This document shows positions 11,691-23,172 of a stretch of 64,000 bases of DNA, in pieces. The first letter of the stretch is position 1. Each line of letters opens with the position of its first letter. The stretch is taken from the NCBI GenBank assembly GCA_030390025.1, contig CM059432.1:115074001-115138000 (forward strand). The letters are read 5' to 3'. Position numbers and translations under genes: made by a program. This stretch comes from Squalus acanthias (lineage: Eukaryota). The notes under the pieces were generated by a model, which was given only the letters and a program-made list of their open reading frames with translations, searched no databases and had not been told where the DNA came from.

Positions 11691-13554
11691 CTACCTGTGT
11701 TTCATCTTTCTCTTACACCTGCTTCTACGAGGTGCTACCCATGTGGCTTCAGCAGAGGTGGAGGCAGCCTGCTCACTTCTCTGCTGCGACTGCTTAGACA
11801 CTTTTGGCGGACATCCTCTGGGTTTTGGAGCCTCTGATGGCCCAGCCAAAGTCTGCTCCTCCTGCGACTGTGCAGGGGCAGACTCAGCCATCGCGATCCG
11901 AGGAGACATCTGGGGCTCTGACTGGGGCGGGGGGGAAAACGGGGGAGAAATATGAGCGCTTTGAGTGTAGCCGCCACTTCCATGTCCCCTCTCACCATCA
12001 TCCCTCTCATGGGCCACCCACAGTTCCCTGCGAGAAAGGAGCTGGAGAGCACCTTGCTGCACAGCAGTGGGGCCATGAGGACCCAAGTCTAGGTTGACAT
12101 CCGTCCTAGTCTATGAGCATCTGCCATCTATTCTCCATAGATAGCCATCTATTCTCCATAGAGACCATGTGCTCCTGTGAGTGGCGCATTAGCTGCTCCA
12201 TGCAGGTGGCCATCCTGTCCATGGAAGAGCCTACACTCGCCATCGCCTGTGACACAGTGGTGCTCATGTTGGAGTTGGACTTCTCCATTCTCTGCATATT
12301 TGCAGACATTGTGGTCGCAAAACCTGTCAATGCCTCCTGCACTTCTTGCTGCACCTCCAGGATCGCCCTCTTTCTGGATGGCCCCCGAGGCTCAGCGTCT
12401 GCATGCACCTGAGCAGAGCTGGGAGTGTCCTGCGCCCTCCGGCGAGGAATCTCCACTGGTGTCCCTGTTTCCACCATCTGCTCTTGCTCACTTGTGAGAC
12501 ACCAGGTGACAACACTACTCTATCTCGCGTGGCACCCACTGAGGTGTGCGTATCTGCGCTGGTGCTGGGTGGACTTATGTCTGGTGACGGTGCACCCTCA
12601 GAGGCTGGAGGCTCTTCTGAGGAGTCATCTTCCTCCTCCGGCTGGACAGTGGGGAGGGGGGGGGGGGCTCTTGATGGAGATGTGGGAGAGTAAAGAGATG
12701 AGTTAGATATGTCATATCAAGAATGGGCACAGATACCATTATGCACATGATGAACATTCACTGGCTGCTGACATCAGTCCCCATAAGAGTGACTGCTGTA
12801 TGTCATGTGGCTGTATGAGATGTAATTGTCACCGGGTTGCTGAGATGTCCCCCTCTCTCTGTCTCCCACCTCCAGCTGCTCTGCGACACCTGACACTTCC
12901 AAGGGAACCTCCTCTGATGCTAAGATAGCCAATGATGGAGGGCTACCTCCAGTATTCTCCCTCTTCCTCTTATTGTGGGCTTTCTTTTCCTGCAAGGAGG
13001 GAAAGAAGAGAAGTTTGAGTGAGGGTGTGGAATGAATGTAAGGAATAGATGGGTAACATCTTTAGAGGGTGACTATGATGGAGTGGGGTGGCAATGCCAA
13101 GTGGCCTCCTTGTGTGTTGCTAGTTGGTGTGATTGCATTAGGATGAGGGTGAATGTGAGGGGTGGTTAGTCAGATGGGGATGTGATAATGTAGATAGAGA
13201 GGGATGGGTAGACGTGCAAATTCTGTTGGTGTGAGTAAGGATGTGCAGGGGTAGGGTTGGGAAGGCAGAGTGATGGGGATGTGATGAGAGGCACAGCAGG
13301 ATGAAGTTGAGTGTGGCTTTGCACTTACCTTTCCTGATTTAATGAGATAATTGAAACGTTTCCAGCACTGCACCCAGGTCCTCCTGACAACATCCCTGCT
13401 GTTGACCTCTGCTATTGGGAGCTAGGCTCGTTTGATCTGCTGGGGAGGTCTCGGAAGGGAAGAGGACCTCCCTGCATGCTCTGACTCCCCCCACAAGCAT
13501 ATGGAGGGAGTCATCTGACAACCTGGGTGCAGCCCTCTGCCTCTGTGCAGTCAT
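11691..13554 (-). pseudogene. Harbinger Myb/SANT-like gene, 3 exons, disrupted
   Basis: Exon 1 13554-13329 (APRLSDDSL...QCWKRFNYLIKSGK|GTAAGT); exon 2 12989-12833 (EKKAHNKRKRENTGG); exon 3 ends APRRSRCKRKMKHR. Confidence 0.85.
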
Positions 13555-14389
13555 GTTTGTTAGTCTTTCCAACACTCCAATGGTCCAGTGCAGTGCCTGC
13601 ACACTCCTAGATGAGCCTTCAAATGCAATGTGGCCATGGCTCCTTTAAATATCCCAGCTGAAAATGTGTCATCGATGATGTCATCAGACCAGCACCATTT
13701 AATAGGGCTGGGTAACGCGCAGGGCTGCCTTAACAGACGGCATTAAGGGAAAGTCGATCTCAGGAGCAGGATGAAATGAAGAACGGGTCGTGACCCGCCA
13801 CGATGAACGCCCGCACCCGACCCGACCAGGTACAGAAAATTCTGGCCAAAGACGTTCATGGAATTTATTAATACAGGGCTCACAAGACAAACAAACAGCA
13901 TAGCATGACTTACATGGATTTAATAGATAAGACTTGATGAAACTAACAAATTGGCATTGCATTCATTTCACAGCATTGTCTTGGAACAGGATTTACCAAA
14001 CAAACAGGATAGACTTGGTTTTGATACAGGATTCCCTGCAACATGGCACTGTATGTACCAAGCAATGCTGCAGGGCTCTAAACATTTCTAACTGGGCACT
14101 ATGCACAAAACAATGTTCAGATTTTCATACAGTCAATGGCATTCTAGGGTCCTAGTCAAACTTGCGGCCATTCCGTAATTTTGGCAGGAGACCAACCGAA
14201 CCCGAAGAGAAACGGCGTAGTGATTGCAATGTATTCACTATAAGTTTACAGAGTGATTCCTATCCATAGTTCATTACTAGGAAACAAATATCATCAGCAT
14301 TTATTATCTAATACTGACAGTTGGATTCAATTCAAGGCAGTAATGCATCTGAGGAGGACTTTATAAACTAGTGGCTTCACTCCTGGAAC

Positions 14390-14780
14390 TGAAGGTTATC
14401 AGTAGATTGGAGGAAAAGAGGGACATTGCTGTGCACCCATAGCAGTCATTAAAAGGTGGCAACGCAAGTTGATAAGAAAATAAAAAGACAAATGGAATCC
14501 TTGGTTTTGTGTCTAGAGGCACAGGATACAAACGCAAGGAGGCAATGATGAACTTGTAGAAGAAGTTTGTTAGGATTATGAGGGGTAATTTTAACTTTTG
14601 GTGATAGGGACTTCAATGGAAAGGAAAATCGGCAGGGTGTGTAACAGGCGGCCCATCTGATATTGCTCGTTTCAAGCTTTTGACAAAAGTTAAAATTACC
14701 CCCTGTTGCGTGCAGTTTTGGGCAGCCACTTATAGGAAGGATTTATTAGACATTTCCAAGGATATGGGGGTTATAGTCCA
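14390..14780 (+). mobile_element. Old CR1 RT-region relic
   Basis: Degraded CR1 thumb-region sequence, split by a MITE. Confidence 0.6.
14582..14702. mobile_element. 121-bp MITE
   Basis: Perfect 19-bp TIR ggggtaattttaacttttg; related copy at about 40583-40764. Confidence 0.8.
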
Positions 14781-14874
14781 TTTTTGCTCTTCTGTGAAGT
14801 GACTTTGGATGTTTTTCTACTTTACAGATGCTATACAAAGGCAAGTTTATTTTTCTCTCTGTTACTCTTCCTTA

Positions 14875-16665
14875 CAGGGAACTACAGACCAGTTAGCCTG
14901 ACATCAGTAGCAGGGAAAATACTAGAATCTATTATTAAGGACGTGGTAACAGGGCACTTTGAAAATAATAATAGGATTGGGCAGAGTCAACACGGATTTA
15001 TGGAAGGGAAATCATGTTTGAGAAATCTGTTAGAATTTTTTGAGGTTGTAACTAGCAGAATAGATAAGGGGGAACCAGTGAATGTAGTGTATCTGGATTT
15101 TCAGAAGGCATTCGATAAGGTGCCACACAAGAGGTTATTAAACAAAATTAGGGCTCATGGGATTGGGGGTAATATACTAATAAGAACATAAGAACATAAG
15201 AAATAGGAGCAGGAGTAGGCCAATCGGCCCCTCGAGCCTGCTCCGCCATTCAATAAGATCATGGCTGATCTGATCCTAACCGCCAATCTACTATCTATCA
15301 CAGAACCATCTCCTGCATCTAACAGAATTGCACACACGAAATAGGAGCAGAATCAGGCTACACAGTCCCTGGGCCCGCTCCACTACCCACAGGGCCATGA
15401 CCGATCCGAACCTAGACTCATGTCCAAATTCCTGCCCGCTCCCCGTAACCCTTAATGCCCTTTACTTCTAGGAAACTGTCTATTTCTGTTTTAAATTTAA
15501 TTAATGTTGTAGCTTCTACAGCTTTTTGTGGCAGCATATTCCATGGACCTACCACCCTCTGAGTGAAGTAGCATGGATTGAGGATTGGTTAATGGACAGA
15601 AAACAGAGAGTAGGAATAAATGGGTCATTTTCGGGTTGGCAGGCTGTAACTAGTGGGGTACCGCAAGGATCAGTGCTTGGGCCTCAGCTATTTACAATCT
15701 ACATCAATGATTTGGATGAGGTGACCAAATGTAATATATCCAAATTTGCTGATGATACAAAGGTGGGTGGGAATGTAAGTTGTGAGGAGGATGCAAGGAG
15801 GCTTCAAGGGGATATAGACAGGCTAAGTGAGTGGGCAAGAACATGGCAAATGGAATATAATGTGGAGAAATGTCAAGTTATCCATTTTGGTAGGAAAAAT
15901 AGAAAAGCAGAGTATTTTTTAAATGGTGGGAGATTGGGAAATGTTAGTGTTCAGAGGGACCTGGGTGTCCGTGTACACGAATCACTGAAAGTTAACATGC
16001 AGGTACAACAAGCAATTAGGAAAGCAAATGGTATGTTGCCCTTTATTACAAGAGGATTTGAGTAAAGACGTCTTACTGCAATTATAAAGGGCTCTGGTGA
16101 GACCACACCTGGAGTATTGTGTACAGTTTTGGTCTCCTTACCTAAGGAAGGATATACTTGCCATAGAGGGAGTGCAACAAAGGTTCACCAGACTGGCTTC
16201 TGGAATGGAGGGATTGTCCTATGAGGAGAGATTGAGTAGACTAGGCCTAAATTCTCTAGAGTTTAGAAGAATGAGAGGTAATCTCATTGAAACATACAAA
16301 ATTCTTACAGGACTTGACAGGGTAGATACAGGGAGGATGTTTCCCCTAGCTGGAGAGTCTAGAATCAGGGGTCACAGTCTCAGAATAAGGGGTCGGCCAT
16401 TTAGGACTGAGATGAGGAGAAATTTCTTCACTCAGAGGGTTGTGAATCTTTGGAATTCTCTACCCCAGAGGGCTGTGGAGGCTCAGTCATTGAGTATAAT
16501 ATTCAAGACAGAGATCGATAGATTTTTGAATATTAAGGGAATCAAGGGATATGCAGGAAAGTGGAGATGAGGTAGAAGATCAGCCATGACCTTATTGAAT
16601 GGCAGAGCAGGCTCGAGGGGCCGTATGGCCGACTCCTGCTCCTATTTCTTATGTTCTTATGTTCT
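14875..16665 (+). mobile_element. 5'-truncated CR1 LINE (RT plus 3' tail)
   Basis: NYRPVSLTS, YLDFQKAFDKVPH, GVPQGSVLGP, KFADDTK; tail (TTCTTATG)n. Confidence 0.95.
15181..15568 (-). mobile_element. Antisense CR1 3' end with a doubled 3' UTR, nested in CR1
   Basis: (TAAGAACA)n start; matches 33803-34140. Confidence 0.85.
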
Positions 16666-16740
16666 GTGTTTATCTTTCTGTCATTGTTCCCTTTCCCACT
16701 GTTAATCTCTCTCTGTATCTGCTCCTGTTCCCTTTCTCTC

Positions 16741-17184
16741 ACCCTCGCCTCTGGAGCGGGACTTGAACCTGCAACCTTCTGACTCAGAGACTTGAGCACA
16801 AAAATCTAGGCTGACACTCCAGTGCAGTGCTCAGGAAGTGATGCACTCTCGGAGGTGCCGTCTTTCGGATGAGACGTTAAACCGAGGTCCCGTCTGCTCT
16901 CTCAGGTGGACGTAAAGATCCCATGGCACTATTTCGAAGAAGAGCAGGAGAGTTATCCCCGGTGTCCTGACCAATATTTATCCCTCATTCAACATCACCA
17001 AAACAGATTATCTGGTCATTATCACATGGCTGTTTGCAAGAGCTTGCTGTGCACAAATTGGCTGCCGAGTTTCCTACATTACAACAGTGACTACACTTCA
17101 AAAAGTACTTCATTGGCTGTAAAGTGCTTTGAGAAGTCTGGTAGCCGTGAAAGATGCTGTATAAAAGCAAGTCTTTCATTCTTC
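16741..17184 (+). mobile_element. DeuSINE (SacSINE1-like) with internally inverted head
   Basis: Deu-domain-like core gaggtgccgtctttcggatgagacgttaaaccgagg...; L2-like tail; family assignment is from recall. Confidence 0.8.
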
Positions 17185-18082
17185 TGTTAATCTCTCTCTG
17201 TATCTGTTACTGTTCCCTTTCTCACTATTAATCTCTCTGTTAGGGAGGAATATAGTTTTCTCCAGTGTAGTCACACCTCAGAGGAAAGCACAGGTGCAGG
17301 AAGGGGAGAGTGTGACCGTCAGTCAGCAGGGTAAGTGGAACCCAGGGGAGGTAGATATGGAGGTCCCACAGACACGGGTCCTATTCAACAGTTGCATTGT
17401 ATTTGCTACCTCTGAGGATAAGGATGCAGGTTGCAGGGAGGATAGCCAAAATGCTAACCATGGCACCGTGGCGCAGGAGGCAGTCCAAGTGAGTGGGGCG
17501 GGGGGGGAGCAAAATAGAAAGGTTGTAGTCACAGGAGCAACTGGAGAGGAGCTTGGAAAGGGAGGGGGAATATCCAGTTGTCGTGGTCCATGTCGGGACC
17601 AATGACATAGGGGAGGACCTCCTGCTAAGGGAATATCAGGAGCTAGGACCTAAATTATTAAAACAGGACCTCACGGGTAGTAATTTTAGTAATAGGGCTG
17701 TAGATAAGACTTTAAACTAGTAAGACGGGGGAGGGATCTAGTGAAAATAACTTAAGTCTGAAGATAAAAGAATGAGGAGATGAGAGTAAAGGTCAGACCA
17801 AGGTAATGAATAAGGGTAACATAAACGGTCAGGGAACAGATACACTTATAGAACATATTATAAAATGACTGTTCGAAATAAAGTGAGTGGCATGATCAAT
17901 AAAAACAAATTAAATTGCCTGTACAGCAATGTGCACAGCATCTGAAACAAAACGGCAGAACTAGAGGCAATAATTTGTAGCAAGGAGTCAGATGTAGTCG
18001 GGATAACTGAGTCATGGCTTAATAAAGAACAGGACTGGCAGTTAAATATTGCAGCATATAATGTATTTAGAAAGGATAGAGA

Positions 18083-18270
18083 ACAACAACAACTTGCATT
18101 TATATAGCGCTTTTAACGTAGTAAAACGTCCCAAGGCGCTTCACAGGAGTATTAAAAGACAAAAATGTTTTTGACACCGAGCCACATAAGGAGAAATTAG
18201 GACAGGTGACCAAAAGCTTGGTCAAAGAGGTAGGTTTTAAGGAGCATCTTAAAGGAGGAAAGAGAGGTAG
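18083..18270 (-). mobile_element. L2 LINE 3' end
   Basis: (CAA)n ttgcatttatatagcgc; reverse-complement match to the 30700-30875 tail. Confidence 0.85.
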
Positions 18271-18371
18271 CGAAGGAGGGTGGGATAGCTGTACTCATTA
18301 CAGATAACATAATAGAAGTAGGAAAAGGAACATAACTAACATTAAGATAGAAACAAAATCCATATGGATTT

Positions 18372-20600
18372 CAGGTATTAAATATTCCTGGATATAAGGT
18401 GTTCAGAAAAGGTAGGGAAGGAAAGATAGGAGGTGATGTGGCAGTATTGGTCAAGGAGAATGTTACAGTGCTGGAGAGAGAGGATGTCCTGGAGGGGTCA
18501 AGGACAGAATCTGTAGGGCGAGAGTTAAGAAATAATAGCGGTGCCATTACACTACTAGGTGTATTCTATAGGCCACCAACCAGTGGGAAAAATATGGAGG
18601 AGCAAATTTGCAGAGAAATTACAGAGAGATGCAAGAACTACAGAGTAGTGATAATGGGGGATTTCAACTATCCTAATATAGACTGTGATAGTAATAGTGG
18701 TAAGGGCACAGAGGGGGAAGAACTTCTGTAGTGTGTTCAGGAGAACTTTCTTGATCAGTATGTTTCCAGCCCAATGGCATTGCTAGATCTGGTTCTGGAA
18801 AATGAGGTAGGTCAAGTGGAGCAAGTGTCAGTAGGTGAATATTTAGGGAACAGTGATCATATTATCATAAGGTTTAGATTAGCTATGGAAAAGGACAAGG
18901 AGCAATATAGAGTAAAAATACTTAATTGGGGGAAGACATAGTGAAGGAGGAGGTAGAGGAGATACTGGATGGGATAAAAATTGATAAAGAGGGGGTACTA
19001 GAAAGGCTGGCTGTACTTAAAGTAGATAAGTCACCAGGACCGGATGGGATGCATCCTAGGATACTGAGGGAAGTGAAAGAAGAAATTGCGGAGGTACTGG
19101 CCACAATCTTCCAATCCTCCTTCGAAACGGGGGTGGTGCCAGAGGACAGGAGAATTGCAAATGTTTCACCATTGTTCAAAAAAGGGTGTAAAGATAAACC
19201 CAGCAAATATAGGCCAGTCAGTTTAACCTCGGTAGTGGGGAAGCTTTTAGAAACAATAATCAGGGACAAAATTAACAGTCACTTGGACAAGTGTGGATTA
19301 ATTAAGGAAAGCCAGCACGGGTTTGTTAAAGGCAAATCGTGTTTAACCAACTTGATCGAGTTTTTTGATGAGGTAACAGAGAGGGTTGATGAGGGCAATG
19401 AGGTTGATGTGGTGTACATAGATTTCCAAAAGGCATTCAACAAAGTGCCACATAATAGGCTTGCCAGCAAAGTTGAAGCCCATGGAATAAAGGAGACAGT
19501 GGCAACATAGATACGGAATTGGCTAAGTGACAAGAAACAGAGAGTAGTGGTGAATGGTTGTTTTTCGGACTGGAGGAAAGTATACGGTAGTATTCCCCAG
19601 GGGTCGGTTCTAGGACAACTGCTTTTCTTGATATATATTAATGACTAGGATGTGGGTGTACAGGGCACAATTTCAAAATTTGCAGATGATACAAAACTTG
19701 GAAGTATAGTGAACAGTGAGGAGGACAGTGATAGACTTCAGGAAGGCATAGACAGGCTAGTGAAATGGGCGGACACGTGGCAGATAAAATTTAATGTAGA
19801 AAAGTGTGAAGTGATACATTTTGGTAGAAAGAATGAAGAGAGGAAATATAAACTAAAGGGTACAATCCTAAAGGGGGTGCATGAACAGAGAGACCTAGGG
19901 GTATAAGTGCACAAATCGTTGAAGGTGGCAGGGCAGGTTGAGAAAGCAGTTAAAAAAGCTGACGGGATCCTGGGCTTCATGAATAGAGGTATAGAGTACA
20001 AAAGCGTGGAAATTATGATGAATCTGCATAAAACACTGGCTCAACCTCAACTGGAGTATTGCGTCCAATTCTGGGCACCGCACTTTAGGAAGGATATGAA
20101 GGCCTTAGAGAGGGTGCAGAAAAGATTTACGAGAATGATTCCAGGGATGAGGGACTCTAGTTATGTGGATAGACTGGAGAAGCTGGTGTTGTTCTCCTTA
20201 GAGCAGAGAAGATTGAGAGGAGATTTGATAGAGGTGTTCAAAATCATGAGGGTTCTGGACAGAGTAGATAAAGAGAAACTGTTCCCATTGGCAGAAGGGC
20301 AGAGAACCAGAGGACACAGATTTAAGGTGATTGGCAGAAGAACCAAAGGCGACATGAGGAAAACCTTTTTACGTAGCGAGTGGTTAGGATCTGGAATGCA
20401 CTGCCTGAAAGGGTGGTGGAGGCAGATTCAATCGTGGCTTTCAAAAGGGAACTGGACAAGTACCTGAAGGAAAAAAATTTGCAGGGCTATGGGCAAAGGG
20501 CGGGGGAGTGGGACTAGCTGAAGTGTTCTTGCAGAGAGCCGGCACGGGCTCAACGGGTCAAGTGGCCTTCTTCCATGCTGTAACCATTCTATGATTCTAT
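18372..20600 (+). mobile_element. CR1 LINE nested in CR1
   Basis: IMGDFNYP (APE), KSPGPDG, KFADDTK and 3' tail. Confidence 0.9.
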
Positions 20601-21244
20601 AAAGGATATAAAGGGATCGATTATCCTAATAGGGGTATTCTTCAGATCACTGAATAGTGGAAGGGAAGTGGAGGAAGAAATATGTCGATAAATCTATGAG
20701 AGGAGTATAAGACTTTAAACTAGTAAGATGGGGAAGGGATTTGGTGAAAATAATATAAGTCTAAATATAAAAGAAATAAGAGATGAGAGTAAAGGCCAGA
20801 CCAAGGTAAGGAATAATAATCATGGGTGATTTCAACTACACTCAAATAAATTGGCAAGAAGAGGTAGGGAAAAGGGAAAAACGGTACAGGGAATGGAGTT
20901 TTTACAGTGTCTTCAGGACTCCTTTCTGACCCAGTATGCAGGAAGCCCAACAAGAAAGGAATCACTACTGGATCTGGTAATGGTAAATGAATTGGAGTAG
21001 GTAAGAGAAGTAAGCGTATTGAAAACATCTAGGCAATAGCAATCACAACATAATAAGGTTTAAGATAAAGTTTCAGAAAGACATAAGTAAGACAAAGACC
21101 TAAGTAATACATTTGGAAAAATGCTAAATTTGAGGTGACGAGAATGGAACTAGGGATGGTAAACCGGAAAAAAAATTGACAAAGAGATAGAACAGCAATG
21201 GGAAATATTTAAAAAGGTGATCAGTAGAGTTTAGGAGAAATATA

Positions 21245-21250
<6 letters not shown>

Positions 21251-21281
<31 letters not shown>
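21251..21281. repeat. (TA)n microsatellite
   Basis: About 15 TA units. Confidence 0.95.
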
Positions 21282-21285
<4 letters not shown>

Positions 21286-21997
21286 AAAAACAACCTAGCC
21301 CACAATGAAATATTATGGATGAATAAAGAGCTAAGGGTATAACTGAAACTAAAAACAACATACACTAAGTACACAGACAATACAGGAGAGGATGACAACA
21401 ACAACTTATATTTACAAAAGGGAGTATGAGAAAATTAGGAAAGATTTTAAAAAACAATTAAGGCGGCAAAGAGGAACTACAAAATTAAATTATCAAGGAA
21501 TATAAAAAGAAACAATAAAATATTCTACAGACATATAAATAACAAAAGAAAAATCAGAATAGGGATTGTAACACTAAGGGATGCACAAGATAAACTCACA
21601 GGTAATGACAGCAAAATTGCAGAAATATTGAATAGTTACTTTGCTTCAGTATTTACCAGGGAGACTAACAGGTTGGACATGACATTAGAAGAGGAGATCA
21701 CAAAAGGTATAGAGGCATTTAAGGTAGAAATGGGGGAGAGAATTGCTAAACTAATCAAACTGAGAGAGGATAAAACCTCTTGTCCGGATGAATTATACCC
21801 ATGCATACTAGAAGCAGCAAGGGAAGAGTTAGTAGAGGTAGAAAAGGGAATAGTGCCAGAGGACTAGCAGACAGTGAATGTTATTCCTATATTTGAAAAG
21901 GGAGATAGAACAAGTCCAGGCAACTGTAGACCAATTAGCTTTACATCGGTGGTAGAAAAGATAATGGAATCTTTACTCAAAGATGTAATAGAAAAGG

Positions 21998-23172
21998 GCG
22001 GGGGAATGTCTATGGATGTTATTTATATGGACTTCCAGAAGGCATTCAATAAAGTCCTTCATAAGAGACTGTTAGCCAAAGTTGAAGCTCATGGAATTGA
22101 AGGCAATTTGTTGACCTGGTTAGAAAATTGGCTGAGTGGCAGGAGACAGAGAGTAGGGATAATGGGCAGGTACTCTAATTGGCAGGATGTGACTCGTGGT
22201 GTCCCACAGGGATCTGTGTTGGAGCCTCAACTATTCATCATATTTATTAATGACTTAGATGATGGGATAGAGAGCCACATATCCAAGTTTGCCGATGACA
22301 CAAAGATAGATGGCATTGTAAGTAGTGTAAGTTGAAGCATAAAATTACAAAGAGATATTAATAGATTAAGTGAATGGCAAAACTGTGGCAAATGGATTTC
22401 AATGTAAGCAAGTGTGAGGTCATCCACTTTGGACCTAAAAATGATAGAACAGGCTGCTTTCTAAATGGTGAATAGCTAAAAACAGTGGAGGTCCAAAGAG
22501 ACTTATGGGTCCATGTACATAGATCATTAAAATGTCATGAACAGGTACAGAAAATAATCAAAAAGGCTAATGGAATGCTGGCTTTTATATCTAGAGGACT
22601 AGTGTACAAGGGGGGTAGAAGTCATGCTGCAGCTCTTCAAAACCCTGGTTAGACCACACCTGGAGTACTGTGAGCAGTTCCGGGCACTACACCTTAGGAA
22701 GGATATATTGGCCTTGCAGTGCAGATTTACCAGAATGATACCCGGACTCCAAGGGTTAAGTTATGAGGAGAGATTACACAAATTAGGGTTGTATTCCCTA
22801 GAATTTAGAAGGTTAAGGGGTGATTTGATCGATGTTTTCAAGATATTAAGGGAACAGATAGGGTAGATAGAGAGAAACTATTTCCGCTGGTTGGGGAGTC
22901 TAGGACTAGAGGGCACAGTCTAAAAATTAGAGCCAGACCTTTCTGGAGTGAAGTTAGGAAACACTTCTACACACAAAGGGTGGCAGAAGTTTGGCACTCT
23001 CTTCCGCAAATGGCAGTTGATGCGAGGTCAGTTGTTAATTTAAAATCTAAGACTGATAGATTTTTGTTAACCAAAGGTATTGAGGGATATGGGGCAAAGG
23101 CAGCCATGATCTCATTGTATGGCGGAACAGGCTCGAGGGGCTAAATGGGCTACTCCTGCTCATATGTTCCTA
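21998..23172 (+). mobile_element. 5'-truncated CR1 nested in CR1
   Basis: YMDFQKAF, GVPQGSVL, KFADDTK and tail ending atgttccta. Confidence 0.85.

Larger units (their letters stand above)
8922..13847. mobile_element. PIF/Harbinger DNA transposon copy 2 (full-length, decayed)
   Basis: 14-bp TIR ggccggaattttct/agaaaattctggcc with 1 mismatch; TSD imperfect (AAG/AAA); transposase on +, Myb-like gene on -. Confidence 0.9.
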
